This document shows, piece after piece, positions 26,740 through 40,170 of a DNA stretch of 64,000 nt (position 1 is the stretch's first letter; the number at the start of each line of letters is the position of its first letter). The notes below the pieces were generated by a model. The model made no database searches and was not told where the DNA came from. It saw only the letters and a list, made by a program, of their open reading frames with translations. The translations under genes and the position numbers were made by a program. Source of the stretch: the human T2T-CHM13v2.0 reference genome, Homo sapiens; contig CP068257.2 in the NCBI GenBank assembly GCA_009914755.4, positions 16,384,001-16,448,000 of the forward strand, written 5' to 3'.

Positions 26740-29214
26740 TTTTAAATTAAGGTTTGACTAAAGGTTAGGTACAGCTTTGTCTTTTTTTTTTTTTTATTTT
26801 TTCCGTAGATGTTGGACATTTATATGTGACACATTCTGGGCTTATAGGGTTTCATATTTGTGTTCCTATCTCATTTGCTGATGCTACTAGTAAAGGCAGG
26901 TTAAGGGGGCAATGTGAAGTTATTTGAAACTGAAGACTGTCATGCTAGATTTTTAGAGTGTAATAAAAGAGCAGTTTAGAACTTAAATGAAAGTGCCAAA
27001 CAAAATGCTTTTAGTGTGGCTTTGCAAATTGTAAATTTGGCAGGAATTTTAAGAAATGTTTGGTTCCTCTGGCTTTAGTAATTTAGTGAGTTTAGTGATT
27101 TAGTAAAGACTTCCCGTTAACTACTTCTTAAATATTTAATGATCTAGGCAGAATGGTAGGATGATAAAAAGTTTGCTGTTGATGAAGAAAATAAATCATT
27201 TGGCCCCAAACTATTGGAACCTGAAAAAGAATCTTGTTTTTATATAAGTTTTTCTTATTTTTAATGAAAGTAATTGTTAATGGAAAAGAGAGGTCAGGAA
27301 AATAAATTGTGCACATGAAAAGGCAAAACATATGACAGAGCATCTTATGTAAATTTGATAAAGAATTGAGTATGATTTTAAAGGTAGGAAAAAAATCAGA
27401 TTAGCTGTTTTGTCATTATCCGCCTCTTTAGAAGTTTGTTTTGCGGGAAGGATTCTATTTTCAGTGTTTAAATTGCTCCCAAGAATAAAGGAAGATTTAC
27501 CAGGAGAAGTTTATTACTAAATAGATCCGGAGAAATCTTGGTATTTACGTATACTAAAGGCTAATCTTCATTTACTCACATTAGGACAGTGATAAACAGC
27601 AGGGCATACATCTGAATTTTTTTTAAGTAGTGATTAATTTTATAGGGTGCTATGAACAAATCTTAGGCATTAATTTTTTCCAATGTCTTTATTTTACTGA
27701 TGAGGAAGCTATGACCTATACAGGTGAAATGTGACTGGCCACAGCTTGTTATTGGAAAGCCTGGTTCTAACCCAGAGATTCTGACTTCTAGGCTAGTACC
27801 TTTCAACTCCATAAAGCTTCATTTTATAGCCTGGCATCTTCTTTTGTTAAATAACAAAACATTTTGATAGTTCCTTTGTTAAAAGTATAAGTCTGTACTT
27901 TGTTAGAAGAAAAGTATTAATTGGGTAGGAAATCAGTTACTTTTTGTTGGGTATTTTTACCATAGCTAGAAAAAGGTTTCCTAGCAAGGATATACTAGGT
28001 TTAAAGCAGACTGGGTTTCCATGTGCCTCTACTCAAACATATTGGCATCTTTTGAGTAGTACTGACACGTCTTTCCTGTTTAGCAAAGGCTTAGTTGTCC
28101 CTTATATCACACAGTTTTGCTACCACTCTCCAGAATGAGGGAAACATCTCTGACCAATATTTGGAAAGACACTTCCTGAAATATGTGAATTGAGTTTGTC
28201 ACTTTTGATTTTGTTAACATGAGTTTCAGGCTAACTATTCTGGCTGACATGTTTAAGCGAAGGGGTAAATGTTTTAGATCCCCACAAATATATTTATTTT
28301 TCTCTAACCTGTGTCTAGATAGGTTTTCAAACATTGAGGAAATAGAAACATACTGTGGAGTATATTTAATTTCTCATTAGGTACACTGTGTGCATTTCAA
28401 TAAGTTTAATATTTATTTTCATGTTTGATAGAGCAGTTTTCAAGCCCAAGCTCTTTATGGATTGTCTATGTGACATAGAAACTATACAGTATTATCAGCT
28501 GTGAATGCAGGAAGAGACCAATTCTGAAGGAGTTAAAGCAATTATGCCCAAAAATTTAAGAAAGAGAATAAAGACTATTATGGACAGCTAAAAATGTAAG
28601 AGGAAAGATGTAATACTGTAAAGCAAAATTTGGCAAATAAATATTTTTTCTCTTGCCAAAGAACCATAGGATCTTTACATCATTGTAATTGGCATTGCTA
28701 GCTTAAAGCACTATTTATTGAAATGCTGATGTAGCATTCTGCATTGACCTCAGAAGACATTTTGTTGCCTGCAGAATTGCCAATACCAGAGGTAGCCAAA
28801 ACAGTTTTTGGTTTCCATTAAAATATGGAATTGGTCTAGCATGATTAATTTGTCATGGCTGAAAAGACTAAAATTTTACAGCGACTTCATTGCAAATGAC
28901 ATTAATATTTTAGAAATGGAACCTCCATTTGATCATTGATTCTATCAAACTTTCAAGTAGTCTTACAAAGGTAGATCAACAGGAGCATATTTTGGGAGAA
29001 AAACGGAAAATCTAGTTGTCTATATTTATTTCTTAATATTTATTTTGAAAAGTTTTTTCTGCTTCATTTGAAATCAGAGTTAGTGAGAAGTACAAAGAGT
29101 TGGTAATAAATTGTACAGGAGGCAATAGATTGCTTTTCAGTTATTGCAGTTCTGAGGACTGAAAAGAAGGCAGCCTCATGTAAGACTGTACCAGGATAAC
29201 TGTACTAACCACTA

Positions 29215-29590
29215 CACATTTTCAGCACTGATTATATCTATATTTATCTCTATTTATATAACATATATAGTATGTGTGATATGACATATGATATATGACA
29301 TAAATGTGTATAATTTATATATATCACATATAAAATCACATATATCACACCTTATATGACATATATGACATGTATATATATCACATGTGAGAGTAAGATA
29401 TATATCTGTGATGCAAATGTGTAGCTGTGAGTATGGTTTTCCTGGTACAGGCTAATATTAAGCTGTTTTCTTCTTTGTGATTTTCAGTTTTTCAGAATTG
29501 CAGTAATTCTGCTATGTTTATACATCCATATATCTTTATCCATATATCCATGTATATATCCATATATCCATATACATATACAGAGAGAGA
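29215..29590. repeat. Low-complexity TA/CA-rich simple-repeat block
   Basis: Degenerate (atatgacat / catatatc / tatatcacat)n units run through the interval. 29520-29580 is (ccatatatc)n-like. Confidence 0.8.
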
Positions 29591-29789
29591 GGGAGGAAGA
29601 GATCACAGAGGCAGAAAACTTAACTAACTGATGTGTGATAGAGAACCTGTTCTAATAAAATATCAAATTCAAGACCACATGCAAATTCTACAAACATTTT
29701 TTTCTCCAATTTTTTATATGGCTTATGACTGTCATACCAACTTGGCCTTAGTACATTATCCATGTTTAAAGCTGGATGATGTAGTAAGT

Positions 29790-30215
29790 TAGATATAACA
29801 AAATACTATACAGCCTTAAGAAAGAAGGAAATCTTGTCATGGATGAACCTGGAGGACATTTGCTAAGTAAAATAAGACAGGCACAGAAGGATAAATACTG
29901 TATGATTTCACCTATATGTGGAATCTACAAATGTTAAATTCATAGAAGTAGAGAGTAGAATGGTAGTTACCAGGGCATAGGGTGTAAGGATGGATAAAAA
30001 GATGTTGGTCAAAGGGTATGAAGTTTCAGTGAGACAGGAGGAATATGTTTTTGAGATCTGGAGAGTGGAATTTTAAATGTTCCCATCACAATGCTGAGTG
30101 TGTGAGATGCTGGATATATTAATTCATTTGATCTAATCATTCCACTATGTATATCAAGACATCACATTGTGCCCCACAAATATATATATAATTTTTGTAT
30201 GTCAATTAAAAAGAG
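29790..30215 (+). mobile_element. L1 3-prime end fragment (old subfamily), sense
   Basis: aaaatactatacagccttaagaaagaaggaaatcttgtcatggatgaacctggaggacatttgctaagtaaaataagacaggcacagaaggataaatactgtatgatttcacctatatgtggaatctacaaa...agagtagaatggtagttaccagggc... matches the conserved ORF2-end and 3-prime-UTR motifs of L1. Confidence 0.75.
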
Positions 30216-31229
30216 AAAAGAAAACCAGCCACTAATATCAAAACAATACTTGCTATGTCCCCGATTTCTTAACGAATTAGGCAACAAGCCTCTGTTTTTC
30301 CAGCTCATTTGTCCAGGGCTGTCACCATGACCATACTCCCAAGTAGGTGAGACTGGTCGTCCATTGATCACTCTTCTTTCACAGTTCATTGACCCTGTTT
30401 TAAATTTACTTTCTTCTCTATCCAGTTTAGATCCTAAAATCTATCCTTTTTATAACACTCAACAATAATAGACTGATTGTGGCATCTCTCCTCACTTTCC
30501 CTCCTTCCCATCCTTCCATTTTACTCACGGTGTTCCCTCCATTTCTTCATTTTGTTCTTGTTAGTTGGCAAATATGTAACTGGAACTGAAGAGCTTATAT
30601 AGAGAATTTAAATAGTAACGAAGAATGAAGAATTATGACAAAATGAACCCACCCTTATGTCCCCCTACTGAGGTTAAGAAACACCAATTCTCTTCCTCAA
30701 TTGTGTTTCCACTCTACCCTCTCCTGAGATTATCAATATCCTGACTTCGTATAAGTTATTTCCTTGCCTTTTAGTTTTGAAAACTGAGTAGCAAATGTGA
30801 ACCTGTATAAAGAAGGAGCAATCTTCCACTACTACAAAAAGCTTCCAAGTAAAAGATAGGTTGAACAGGGTTTGAGGTTCATAGTCTCATGCCTTTAGCT
30901 TCCTTGAGAACTACAGCAACCTCTCTTTGGAAAGTTAGCGACAGATCACGAGTAAAGTATGAGAAAAACAGGGCTCACCACAGTTAGCATATCCGGCAGG
31001 GCTAAAGTGTGGACTAGGTTCTATGTCTATGAAAAAAATGTGGTCAGAGAGAGTGGGGCATTGTGTTTTCTGCTTTTGAATTTCTGGTGTCATACCTGAA
31101 GCTCTCAGGGCTAAGTCAATACCAAGGTGGGGAAGAATGAACATCTTTATCTGGTCCACAGTGACAGAACATAGGGGGAGAGTAGAAATTTTATAGAATA
31201 TGTTCATAAGAATTCAAGTACCAAAAGAT

Positions 31230-32620
31230 TCTTGGTCATCGTTACCTGAACATTCTATCCTTAGGTTAAAAAGACAGTTTAATGGTGACATGATGATATC
31301 TCTCTCTTTCTGTCTCTTTTTGTCATAATGTTTCAATTAGAATGATTGCTTTTTCTGCTGGATGTAGGGCTGGCATCTTAGGACCTTCCTTCCCATCTTC
31401 CCCAGAACTCTGATTTCTTTCCTGTCTTGAAGCACTATCTTAGATTTTTTTGGTTGTTTCTTGATAAAGGATTCATGGGAAGTAAAATATTTGAGACTCC
31501 TCATGTCTGAAGTTGTTTTTATTCAATCTCATACTTTAATGATCATTTGGAGGGATGTAGAAATATCACTGGCAGACCATTAACCTTCAGGATTTTGAAG
31601 GCATTTCTCCAGTGTTTATTGTTTCTTGTGTTGCTGTTTATCAAGTCATTTCAAATCTTGTTTATGTAGGTCACTTGATTTATTTATCTTTTAATAAAAG
31701 AGAAATAATTTTTTATCTTAAAATAAATTTTTATCTTAAAAATAAAGAATTATTTATCTTTTAATATCTTTTTGAAATTTGTAGAATCTTTTCTTTGTCC
31801 TCTGTGTTCTGAAAATTTACAATGATGTGCATTGGCATGGGCCTATTTTCCTTCTTTTTTTTTTTTTTGTGGTGAGTGGGGCATTCCCTAAGGTGTTATA
31901 ATTCAAAAACTTCTGTTCTTCAATTCTGGAAATATTGCTTCAGCTATATCATTAATAAGTTTCTGTTCTTTCCTTGGAGATCGTTTTGTTCCAAATGTGA
32001 GACATCCTGCACTGTACTCTTTTTTAAATTCCTCCTATTTTTCATCTCTTTAACTTCTTGGTCTACTTCTGAGAGATTTCTTCAACTTTTATCTCACATA
32101 TCTGTTGTTGTGTTTTTCCTTTCTGTTATTATGCTTTTAATCATGCTCCATGAATGTAATATCTTCTCTAATTTTTCTGAGGAGATTAATGGTAGGTATT
32201 TTATAGTTTGTTTTCTTTTCTCCTCCCCATGGTTTTTTCCTTCAAGTTGCAGGGAGTTGTTTTCCTGTTTGTTAGTTTTGTTTCTAGCTTTCATTTCAGA
32301 AGTCTTCCCCAATATCTGGTATTTCTGCTCATGATTTAGAAGAATGAAAAATCAGGTTTAGTGTTCTAAATGTATAGGTAGGGACTGCAATGTAGAGTTT
32401 TACTGTAGGATGATATGGGAGAGTCTTACACTGAGGAACTTCCATGTCATTATCTTCAGATATTTCCGCTTAAGCTAATTACAGTCTCCAGCAAATTGTG
32501 TTCCAATTTCATCCTTGAGGGTAAGATCCTGATTCCAGCATTCTGGGAGTGGAGTGGGGAAAGACGCTGAGATTTTCTGCCTTCAGCATCTAGCATTCAT
32601 GTGGCTATTTATTTTCTTTT
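31230..32620 (-). mobile_element. Probable old L1 fragment, antisense (T-rich strand)
   Basis: T-rich strand with L1-antisense-like blocks (ttctgttctttccttggagatcgttttgttcc..., ...ttctctaatttttctgaggagattaatgg...). The 152 aa ORF 31876..32334 is a T-rich read-through. Assignment is tentative. Confidence 0.3.
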
Positions 32621-32739
32621 TTATAAAATACCATACCCACTTTCTCAGGTATATTTAATCTCTCTCTCCCTCCTCTCTGTCTCTATCTGAAGTGAATAGT
32701 TTTCATCTTTTTTTCTATATTTTATTTTTTAGAGCAGTT

Positions 32740-33530
32740 TTAGGTTCATAGCAAAATTGAGCAAAAATGTACATACAGAGAGTTCCCGTATACCTCTCGA
32801 CCCCACACATTCACAGCCTCATTCCATATCAACATTCTGCCTTAGAGTGGTTTTTGTTACAATCAATGAACCTGACACATCATTATCACCCAGAGTTCAT
32901 AGTTTACATAGGGTTCACTTTTGATGATGTACATTTTATGGGTTTTGTCAAATGTATAATGACAGGTATCCACTGTTATTATATCATGCACAATGGTTTT
33001 GCTGCCCTAAAAAACCCCCTGTGCCCTGCCTATTCCATAATCTTCAACACATATTTAAGCTTCCTCCATTAAAAAAAATCTTATATAGCCCTGAAAGTCT
33101 GCCGCTGTATCTCTTGTCTCTTTCACAGGCAAACTTCTTCTTTTCCTTGCTTTCTTATCAACCTGCTTTAGTCTACCATTCAGCACTAGTTTTAATTTTT
33201 TTCTTTAAAAAAAACTTAAAAATTGACATATAATAATTGTACATATTCATGGAGTACAAAATGATATTTTGATATATGTATATAGTTAGCAATGATTAAA
33301 TCAGGGTAATTATTACATTATCACCTCAAATATTTATTATTTCAATGTATTGAGAACTTCAAAATCCTCTTGTCTAGCTATTTGGAAAGATTCTATACAT
33401 TATTGTTAACTATAGTCATCCTACAGTTCTGTAGAACACTAGAACTTATTCCTCCTATCCATCTGTAACTTTGTATTCATTACCCAACTTCTCATTTTCC
33501 TCCCCTATCCACTATCCTTCTCACAATGAG
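32740..33530 (+). mobile_element. Old L1 (L1M-type) 3-prime UTR fragment
   Basis: Contains the classic L1M 3-prime-end motif tagagcagttttaggttcatagcaaaattgagcaaaaatgtacatacagagagttcccgtatacc..., followed by AT-rich 3-prime-UTR-like sequence. Confidence 0.5.
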
Positions 33531-33534
33531 AGAT

Positions 33535-34025
33535 CATCTCACCAGAGTTAGAATGGCTATTAAAAAAAGACAAAAAATAACAAATACTGGTGATGATAGG
33601 GAGAAAAGGGAACTCTTATACACTGTTGATGAGAATATACATTAGTACAGCCAGATGGAAATCAGTATGGAGGTTCCTCAAAAAACCAGAAATAGAACTA
33701 CCCTATGATCCAGCCATCCAACTATTAGGTGTTTAACCAAAGGAAAGAAAATCAGTGTATCAAAGAGATAGCTGCATCCCCATGCTTATTGCAGCACTAT
33801 TCACATAGCCAAGATCTGGAATCAACCTGAGTTCATCAGCAGATGAATGGATAAAGAAAATGTGGCAATATATACACAATGGCCATAAAAAATAATGAAA
33901 TCCTGTCATTCATGGCAACACGGATGAGCTTGGAGGACATTATGTCAAGTGAAATAAGCCAGGCAGAGAGAGACAAATAAATACCACAAGTTCTCATTCA
34001 TATGTGGGAGAAAAAAGTTGAACTA
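33535..34025 (+). mobile_element. L1 fragment, sense, covering the ORF2 C-terminal region
   Basis: gagatcatctcaccagagttagaatggctattaaaaaaagacaaaaaataacaaatactggtgatgatagggagaaaagggaactcttatacactgttg...ccagccatccaactattaggtgt...ttgcagcactattcacatagccaagatctggaatcaacctgagttcatcagcagatgaatggataaagaaaatgtggcaatatatacacaatgg. It ends before the L1 3-prime tip. Confidence 0.75.
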
Positions 34026-34384
34026 TTTGTGAAATATCTCTAGCTAAGGCCATTTCTGTGTCACAAAATACAAAATGGACTTTTTTTGGTTATAATCTTT
34101 CTTGGCCTTTCATGAGCTCATGAGCATCTAACATTCTCTTTCTTTGATTTTAGCCTTATGGTTTTCATTATACCTGCTATACAACTCCCTTTTTGCCTCC
34201 TTTACAGGATAATTCTCCCATAATCATTCATTAACTCAGAATGGGCAAGATTCAGTGCCTGATTGTCTTTTTCCCCTTGTTTTGTACTCTCCCAAGGCAG
34301 TCTTATCAGTGCTCCTTGCTTTAATTAGCGCCTATATGAAGACAATTTATGAAGTTACATCCCTGACCTGGTGTTATGGACTAA

Positions 34385-34795
34385 ATTTTGTGTCTCCCCC
34401 AAATTCATAGGTTAAAGCCCTTATACCCTAGTGTGGCTATATTTCCAGATAGAGCCTTTAGGAAATTAATTAAGGTTAAATGAGGTTTTAAGAGTGAGAT
34501 CATGATCTGATAGGATTGGTGTTGTTATAAGAAGTGACACCGGAAAGCTGTCCCTCTCTCTCTCTGTACACACACAGAGAAAGGTCATGTGAGGACACAT
34601 GAAAGCGGCCATCTACAGGCCAGAAAGGGAGACTTTATCAGAAACCAAATTTGCCATCAAACCTTGATTATGAACTCCTGGGCTCCAGAGGTTTGGGGAA
34701 AAATAATGTCTGTTTTTTTAAACTGTCCAGTCTGTGGTATTTTGTTATGGCAGCCTGAGCAGACCAGCAAACCTGGTCATCAAATGGGGCGAAGA
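34385..34795 (+). mobile_element. MaLR MLT1-family LTR
   Basis: ttgtgtctcccccaaattcataggttaaagcccttataccc...gtgaggacacatgaaagcggccatctacaggccagaaagggagac...ccttgattatgaactcctgggctccagag...tgtccagtctgtggtattttgttatggcagcctgagcagac. The ORF 34589..34903 overlaps it. Confidence 0.65.
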
Positions 34796-34874
34796 GCCTT
34801 TATTCAGATGTCAGCTTTTTCATTTGTATCCTTAAAAGGTCCATCTAACTGCCTAAAACTCAAACTCATGATCT

Positions 34875-35215
34875 TTTTTTTTTTTTTTTCCAACTTTTAT
34901 TAAGTTCTGGGGTTACATATGCAGGATGTGCAGGTTTGTTACATGGGTAAACGTGCTGCACAGATCAACCCATCACCTTGGTATTAAGCCCAGCATCCAT
35001 TAGCTATTCTTCCTGATGCTCTCCCTCCCCAGCACCCCCAATAGGGCCCAGTGTGAGTTGTTCCCCCTGACGTGTCTGTGTATTCTCATCATTCAGCTCT
35101 GTTAGCCTCACCAAACTGACATAGGAACAGAAAACCAAACACGGCATGTTCTCACTTATAAGCGGGGAGTGAACAATGAGAACAAACTCAGATTTTACAC
35201 TTTGCTGTTCATTCT
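34875..35215 (-). mobile_element. L1 3-prime end (antisense, poly(T) at left) joined to a short inverted L1 segment
   Basis: 34875-35095 is poly(T) plus the reverse complement of the L1 3-prime tip (caacttttattaagttctggggttacatatgcaggatgtgcaggtttgttacatgg...). 35118-35190 is in sense orientation (ggaacagaaaaccaaacacggcatgttctcacttataagcggggagtgaacaatgagaacaaac). That sense piece is the L1 sequence immediately upstream of where the antisense piece stops. Confidence 0.75.
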
Positions 35216-35548
35216 CAATTTGCAGAACCTGGTTTCTTTCCAATATTCTTTTTCTCTGTTAATGACACTCCCTTCTGTAATCTGAGTCAGAGCCCTAGGA
35301 GTCATTCTTGACACCTCCCTCTTTTCTTCACCCCACATTCCGTTCATTATTCCACTGACCCATTATCTTTTACTTTCTTAAGATTTTTAAAATCTGTCCA
35401 CATTTCTCCTTCCCCATTTCAAACACTTTCTTCCAAGGTGCCATCATTTATTTGATGTGGAAGTCCCCCCACTGATCGCTTCGTATCAATTTTTGCCTCC
35501 TTCTAACCAGTTCTCTCCTGAAGCCACGGGGACACCTTTAAAATGTCA

Positions 35549-35858
<310 letters not shown>

Positions 35859-37635
35859 TATCAAACTCCTCAAATACCTTAATCTAGAGGTAGTGATGCT
35901 CCAGGAAACTGGAAGCCTGGATATAGTACCCATCAGGGCAGTCCACAGACCAAGGCATGGCAGCTGAATTCATGCTGAATCATCATAAATAGGAATATAC
36001 ATTAATCAAAAGCAGAAAAACTGGGAATTTGAAGACCTAGGTACCTCTGAAGCTCAGGCCATACAGTAGTAAATCTTACTCCTCGGACCAAAAAAAAAAA
36101 AAAGAAAGCAAGCAGAAAAGGGAGTTTGTTGTTACCAAGGTTGATTAAACTGTTTGTTGATGAAGAAACCTCTGAAATGGAGTCAACTTGTTTCTGTGTC
36201 TGTGCTTCAGAGACTCACCTGAGGGGTAAGTCTGTGAAAAGAGATAATAGCTTATTCACTACAGGGTCAAGCGACTAGGAAAGATAGTAAACAACTACCA
36301 TAAATGAGTGTCATAGGGAAGAAATCTCCGAAGCTCGGTGTCAGGTTTCAGGTGTTCCAGCGTTGTATTTCCCACAGTAAGAACTATAATGACCAAAAGA
36401 AGTGAGGCCGAAGTTCTTTCAGGTACAAAATGAGACGCAAATAACATTTCTGTGGCTAAGTCAGTCATTTCTTCATTTTGGGTACTATAACTAGGAGAAC
36501 AACTAAATTGGCAAAGGAAGCTGCAGGAATGGACTGAGAAGGTAGATACTAACACTATGCCAGAAAGCGAAAAGCAAATTCCTTTTCAGCAGCAACCATC
36601 TCAAAATGTGTATTTGTGGAAATCCATGGTTCAGACGCTTAGCAAATTTCTGAACTTCGGAAGTTCAGGATGACTTTGATGATAAGTCCTTCAATGGAAA
36701 CTGACAGGAAATACTAGCTGTACAAATATATATAAGCAGTAATGTAAGGGAAAAAAACTAAATATTATGTCTCATAGGAAAATAACAAAGCACTTGAGTT
36801 TAGATGAAGAGGCTGAATAACTGATAGATGACAGAGATGAAATGAATGAAAATATTTCTCAAGGAACAGTCATTCTCAAGGGAAAGTCATTGTCAATTTC
36901 AGTACTGTATCCTTTACAAATAATGTCTCAAAGACAATCAAACTCAAAATAGCAAAATTATGGTAGAGCCCTTAAATATGGGTCTAGAGACTATAATGAT
37001 ATCTTTAGCCCAAACAATTGCACTTGTCAACATGGATGGGAGGAAAACAGAGGGAACACCAACAAAAGACTCTCCACAATTTCGTGGTGGTGGTGGCAAT
37101 GATGATGATGAAGATGAATGCAAAAGTAGGCATCAGCAAAGATATTGCCATCTGAGAGATCGAGATTTTGAATGTGATACTCAACTATGCAAGTTTAAAC
37201 TTGACACAACTTGGGATAAAGGTGATTCTGTTTTATTGGTTCTCAGCAGCTGTGTAAGTGAGTTATCTGAAACAATGAAAATGACAAAGATACAGTGTTT
37301 TGCAGAAAATAGTCATCAAAAAGTCCTTGAATATAGACTCATCGGATAAGATGCCATGTGACATTGTATTGTTTGCAATTGATGTAAGGCCTGGATTAAA
37401 TCTGGTTAGGAGACATAGAAGACAAGGCAAGTGAAGTTGCCATAGAGCAACAGATAGGAGAATAGGAGGAAGAATATAAAAAGTAAAGAACCACCAGACA
37501 GTAAAAAGGGATAAAGTACGTGAGTTCAGTGACAAGACTAACCAAGAAGCACAAAGTTTAAACTTTTGAGAATGACAGGCAACAGCCCAGACCTTAATTT
37601 GAGTATTGCTGAGCTTTGAGGTTGGAATATTAATT

Positions 37636-38222
<587 letters not shown>

Positions 38223-39539
38223 CTACACTGTAAAAGAAAAATTTGTGTCTAGGTCAGAGAAAGAGAGAAAAGGAGAAAGAGAGGGAAAGGACAAAAATGA
38301 GCCTTTTTTAAAAAACCATCAATTCTTCTGATTTTAAAAAAGAATGCTATCCTATGATATATGAAAACTTCAGAAAAACTCAAAGAAACGTGAGAAAAAA
38401 GCAGAATATGGCTGGTTTGATGAGTGTTCCAAAAATGATGGCTGAGCTAAAACATCGTTTCAAATAACTGAAGATCAGAATTAGCATATATCCAACAAAG
38501 TTTACAAGAAAAGTGATAGAGATTGTTTTCATAATAGACTTTTGCTGATAATATCACTGTGTTTATCATTCATGAATCCCTGAGGAACAAAGGAACAGAA
38601 CCAATGTAGAAGAACTGCTGGTTGACTTTAAGTTCAGAGAAAAGAATACAGAAAAAATGGCAGAAAATGCTGGAAGGTTGTGTCAATGAACACATTATAA
38701 AGAATGAACTTTGAACTTTGTAATTAAGATTCAGTAAGCATACTGCCACACTTTAGTGACTTCCTTTCATTTATTACTGAGGACATATTGAAGACGAACA
38801 GCATGACATTAATTAATTTAAAGTGGAATGTTCTCATTTGTGTACAGATTTTTCTCTAGGAAAAAAATTGATTGAAGAGAAAATCGGTCATGTGCCCTTG
38901 GGGTACAAATAGGTGTGTTTGCAAGAAACCCACCCAGGCTCATACTGTTTGAGAAAAAAGAAAAATAACTGCAACCATTTTCAAATAAATTAAAATTTTA
39001 TGAAGATTTTAGTTCTTCATTGGTTAAAGAATGATGAATTAACAAATATTCAGGAGATTTACAATTTGTAAACATTCAAAGAATTCTTTTTTGTATGATT
39101 GAATAATTATGTAAAGAATACTATTTAAAAATACTTTAAGGAATTTTCATTGCTTTTAAGATAAAACCAAAAATGTTTAACATGGCCTCTAATGCCAAAC
39201 TTAGCTGGTATCTACCTTCTTTCTCTGCATCCTTTCTCTCACTCACTCTCTCTTTTTCTCACATTTCTCACTCCTACTTTCTGCCTGCTTTCTACTCTGT
39301 TCCTCAGTGTGACTAGCTGCTTGTCACTAAAGTTCATTCTGTCTTCCTAGATGATGTCCCTGTTTCCTAACCAAACTTGCTTTCACCTCATACATCTATT
39401 CTTCCTTGATATTGTAGATAAATCTTCACTTCTAAGAATCCTTTATTCGCCTCCTCACTTGGGTCAGAGGTTCTTTTAAGAGCCTTTCTTTGTTAGCACT
39501 CATCACAATTACAATATATTTTAAATTGTGTCATATCCA

Positions 39540-39665
39540 TAAGTCATACCCTTAAGTTATACCCATCTCTCCCATGTCATAGCCATTTCAATTGTGTCAT
39601 ACCCATTTCAATTGTGTCATACCCATGAGTCATACTCTTAAGTCATACCCATCTCTTCCATGTCA
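39540..39665. repeat. Minisatellite-like tandem repeat: 2 copies of a roughly 37 bp unit plus 2 copies of a 21 bp unit
   Basis: tcatacccttaagttatacccatctctcccatgtcatagc ... catttcaattgtgtcataccc x2 ... tcatactcttaagtcatacccatctcttccatgtca. Confidence 0.8.
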
Positions 39666-40127
39666 GCTCCAAGAAGACTGGGACTTTGTCAGTGTTTTTA
39701 CTGAGCAATTTATTTTCAGTGCCTTATACTGTGCCCTACACAAACCTATGTACTTAATATTTTTTGCTAAATTAATAAAAATGAATCCAAATTAAACAGG
39801 TATACTAAGTGTCTGCCCCATTAATATTTCAGTAGTTGTTTATAGTTGTGTTGGTTAAAGGCTGTGTAAAAGGAATTCCTGCTGTCTGATTGCTTTGAAC
39901 TGGGACATTGGTCTTTTCCTGCCTTTGTACTTGAACTGAAATATTGGCTTATGAGCCTGCCAGCTTTCAGACTGGAACTTGCACCATTGGTTCTCCAGTT
40001 TCTCAGGCCCTTGGACTTGGCCTGGAACCATACCATCCATGTGCTTGAGTTTCCATCTTGCCAACTACAGATTTTGTGAGTTCTCAGCTTCTATAATTGC
40101 ATCAGCCAATTCCTTATACTCTCTCTC

Positions 40128-40170
40128 TCCGCACACACACATGCGCGCACACACACGTATGTAAATATAT
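40128..40170. repeat. (CA)n-rich microsatellite with CG interruptions
   Basis: ccgcacacacacatgcgcgcacacacacgtatgtaaatatatgtatgtatg. Confidence 0.8.

Noticed and set aside
29215-29590. Possible CRISPR-like or regularly spaced repeats (recurring atatgacat / tatatcacat units)
   Set aside because: The units are short (8 to 10 bp), degenerate and contiguous with no unique spacers. This is a eukaryotic TA/CA-rich simple-sequence block, not a repeat-spacer array. The surrounding context is primate DNA.
31876-32334. 152 aa plus-strand ORF
   Set aside because: T-rich low-complexity read-through (many F, L and S) of what looks like the antisense strand of an old L1 fragment. It has no protein-like composition.
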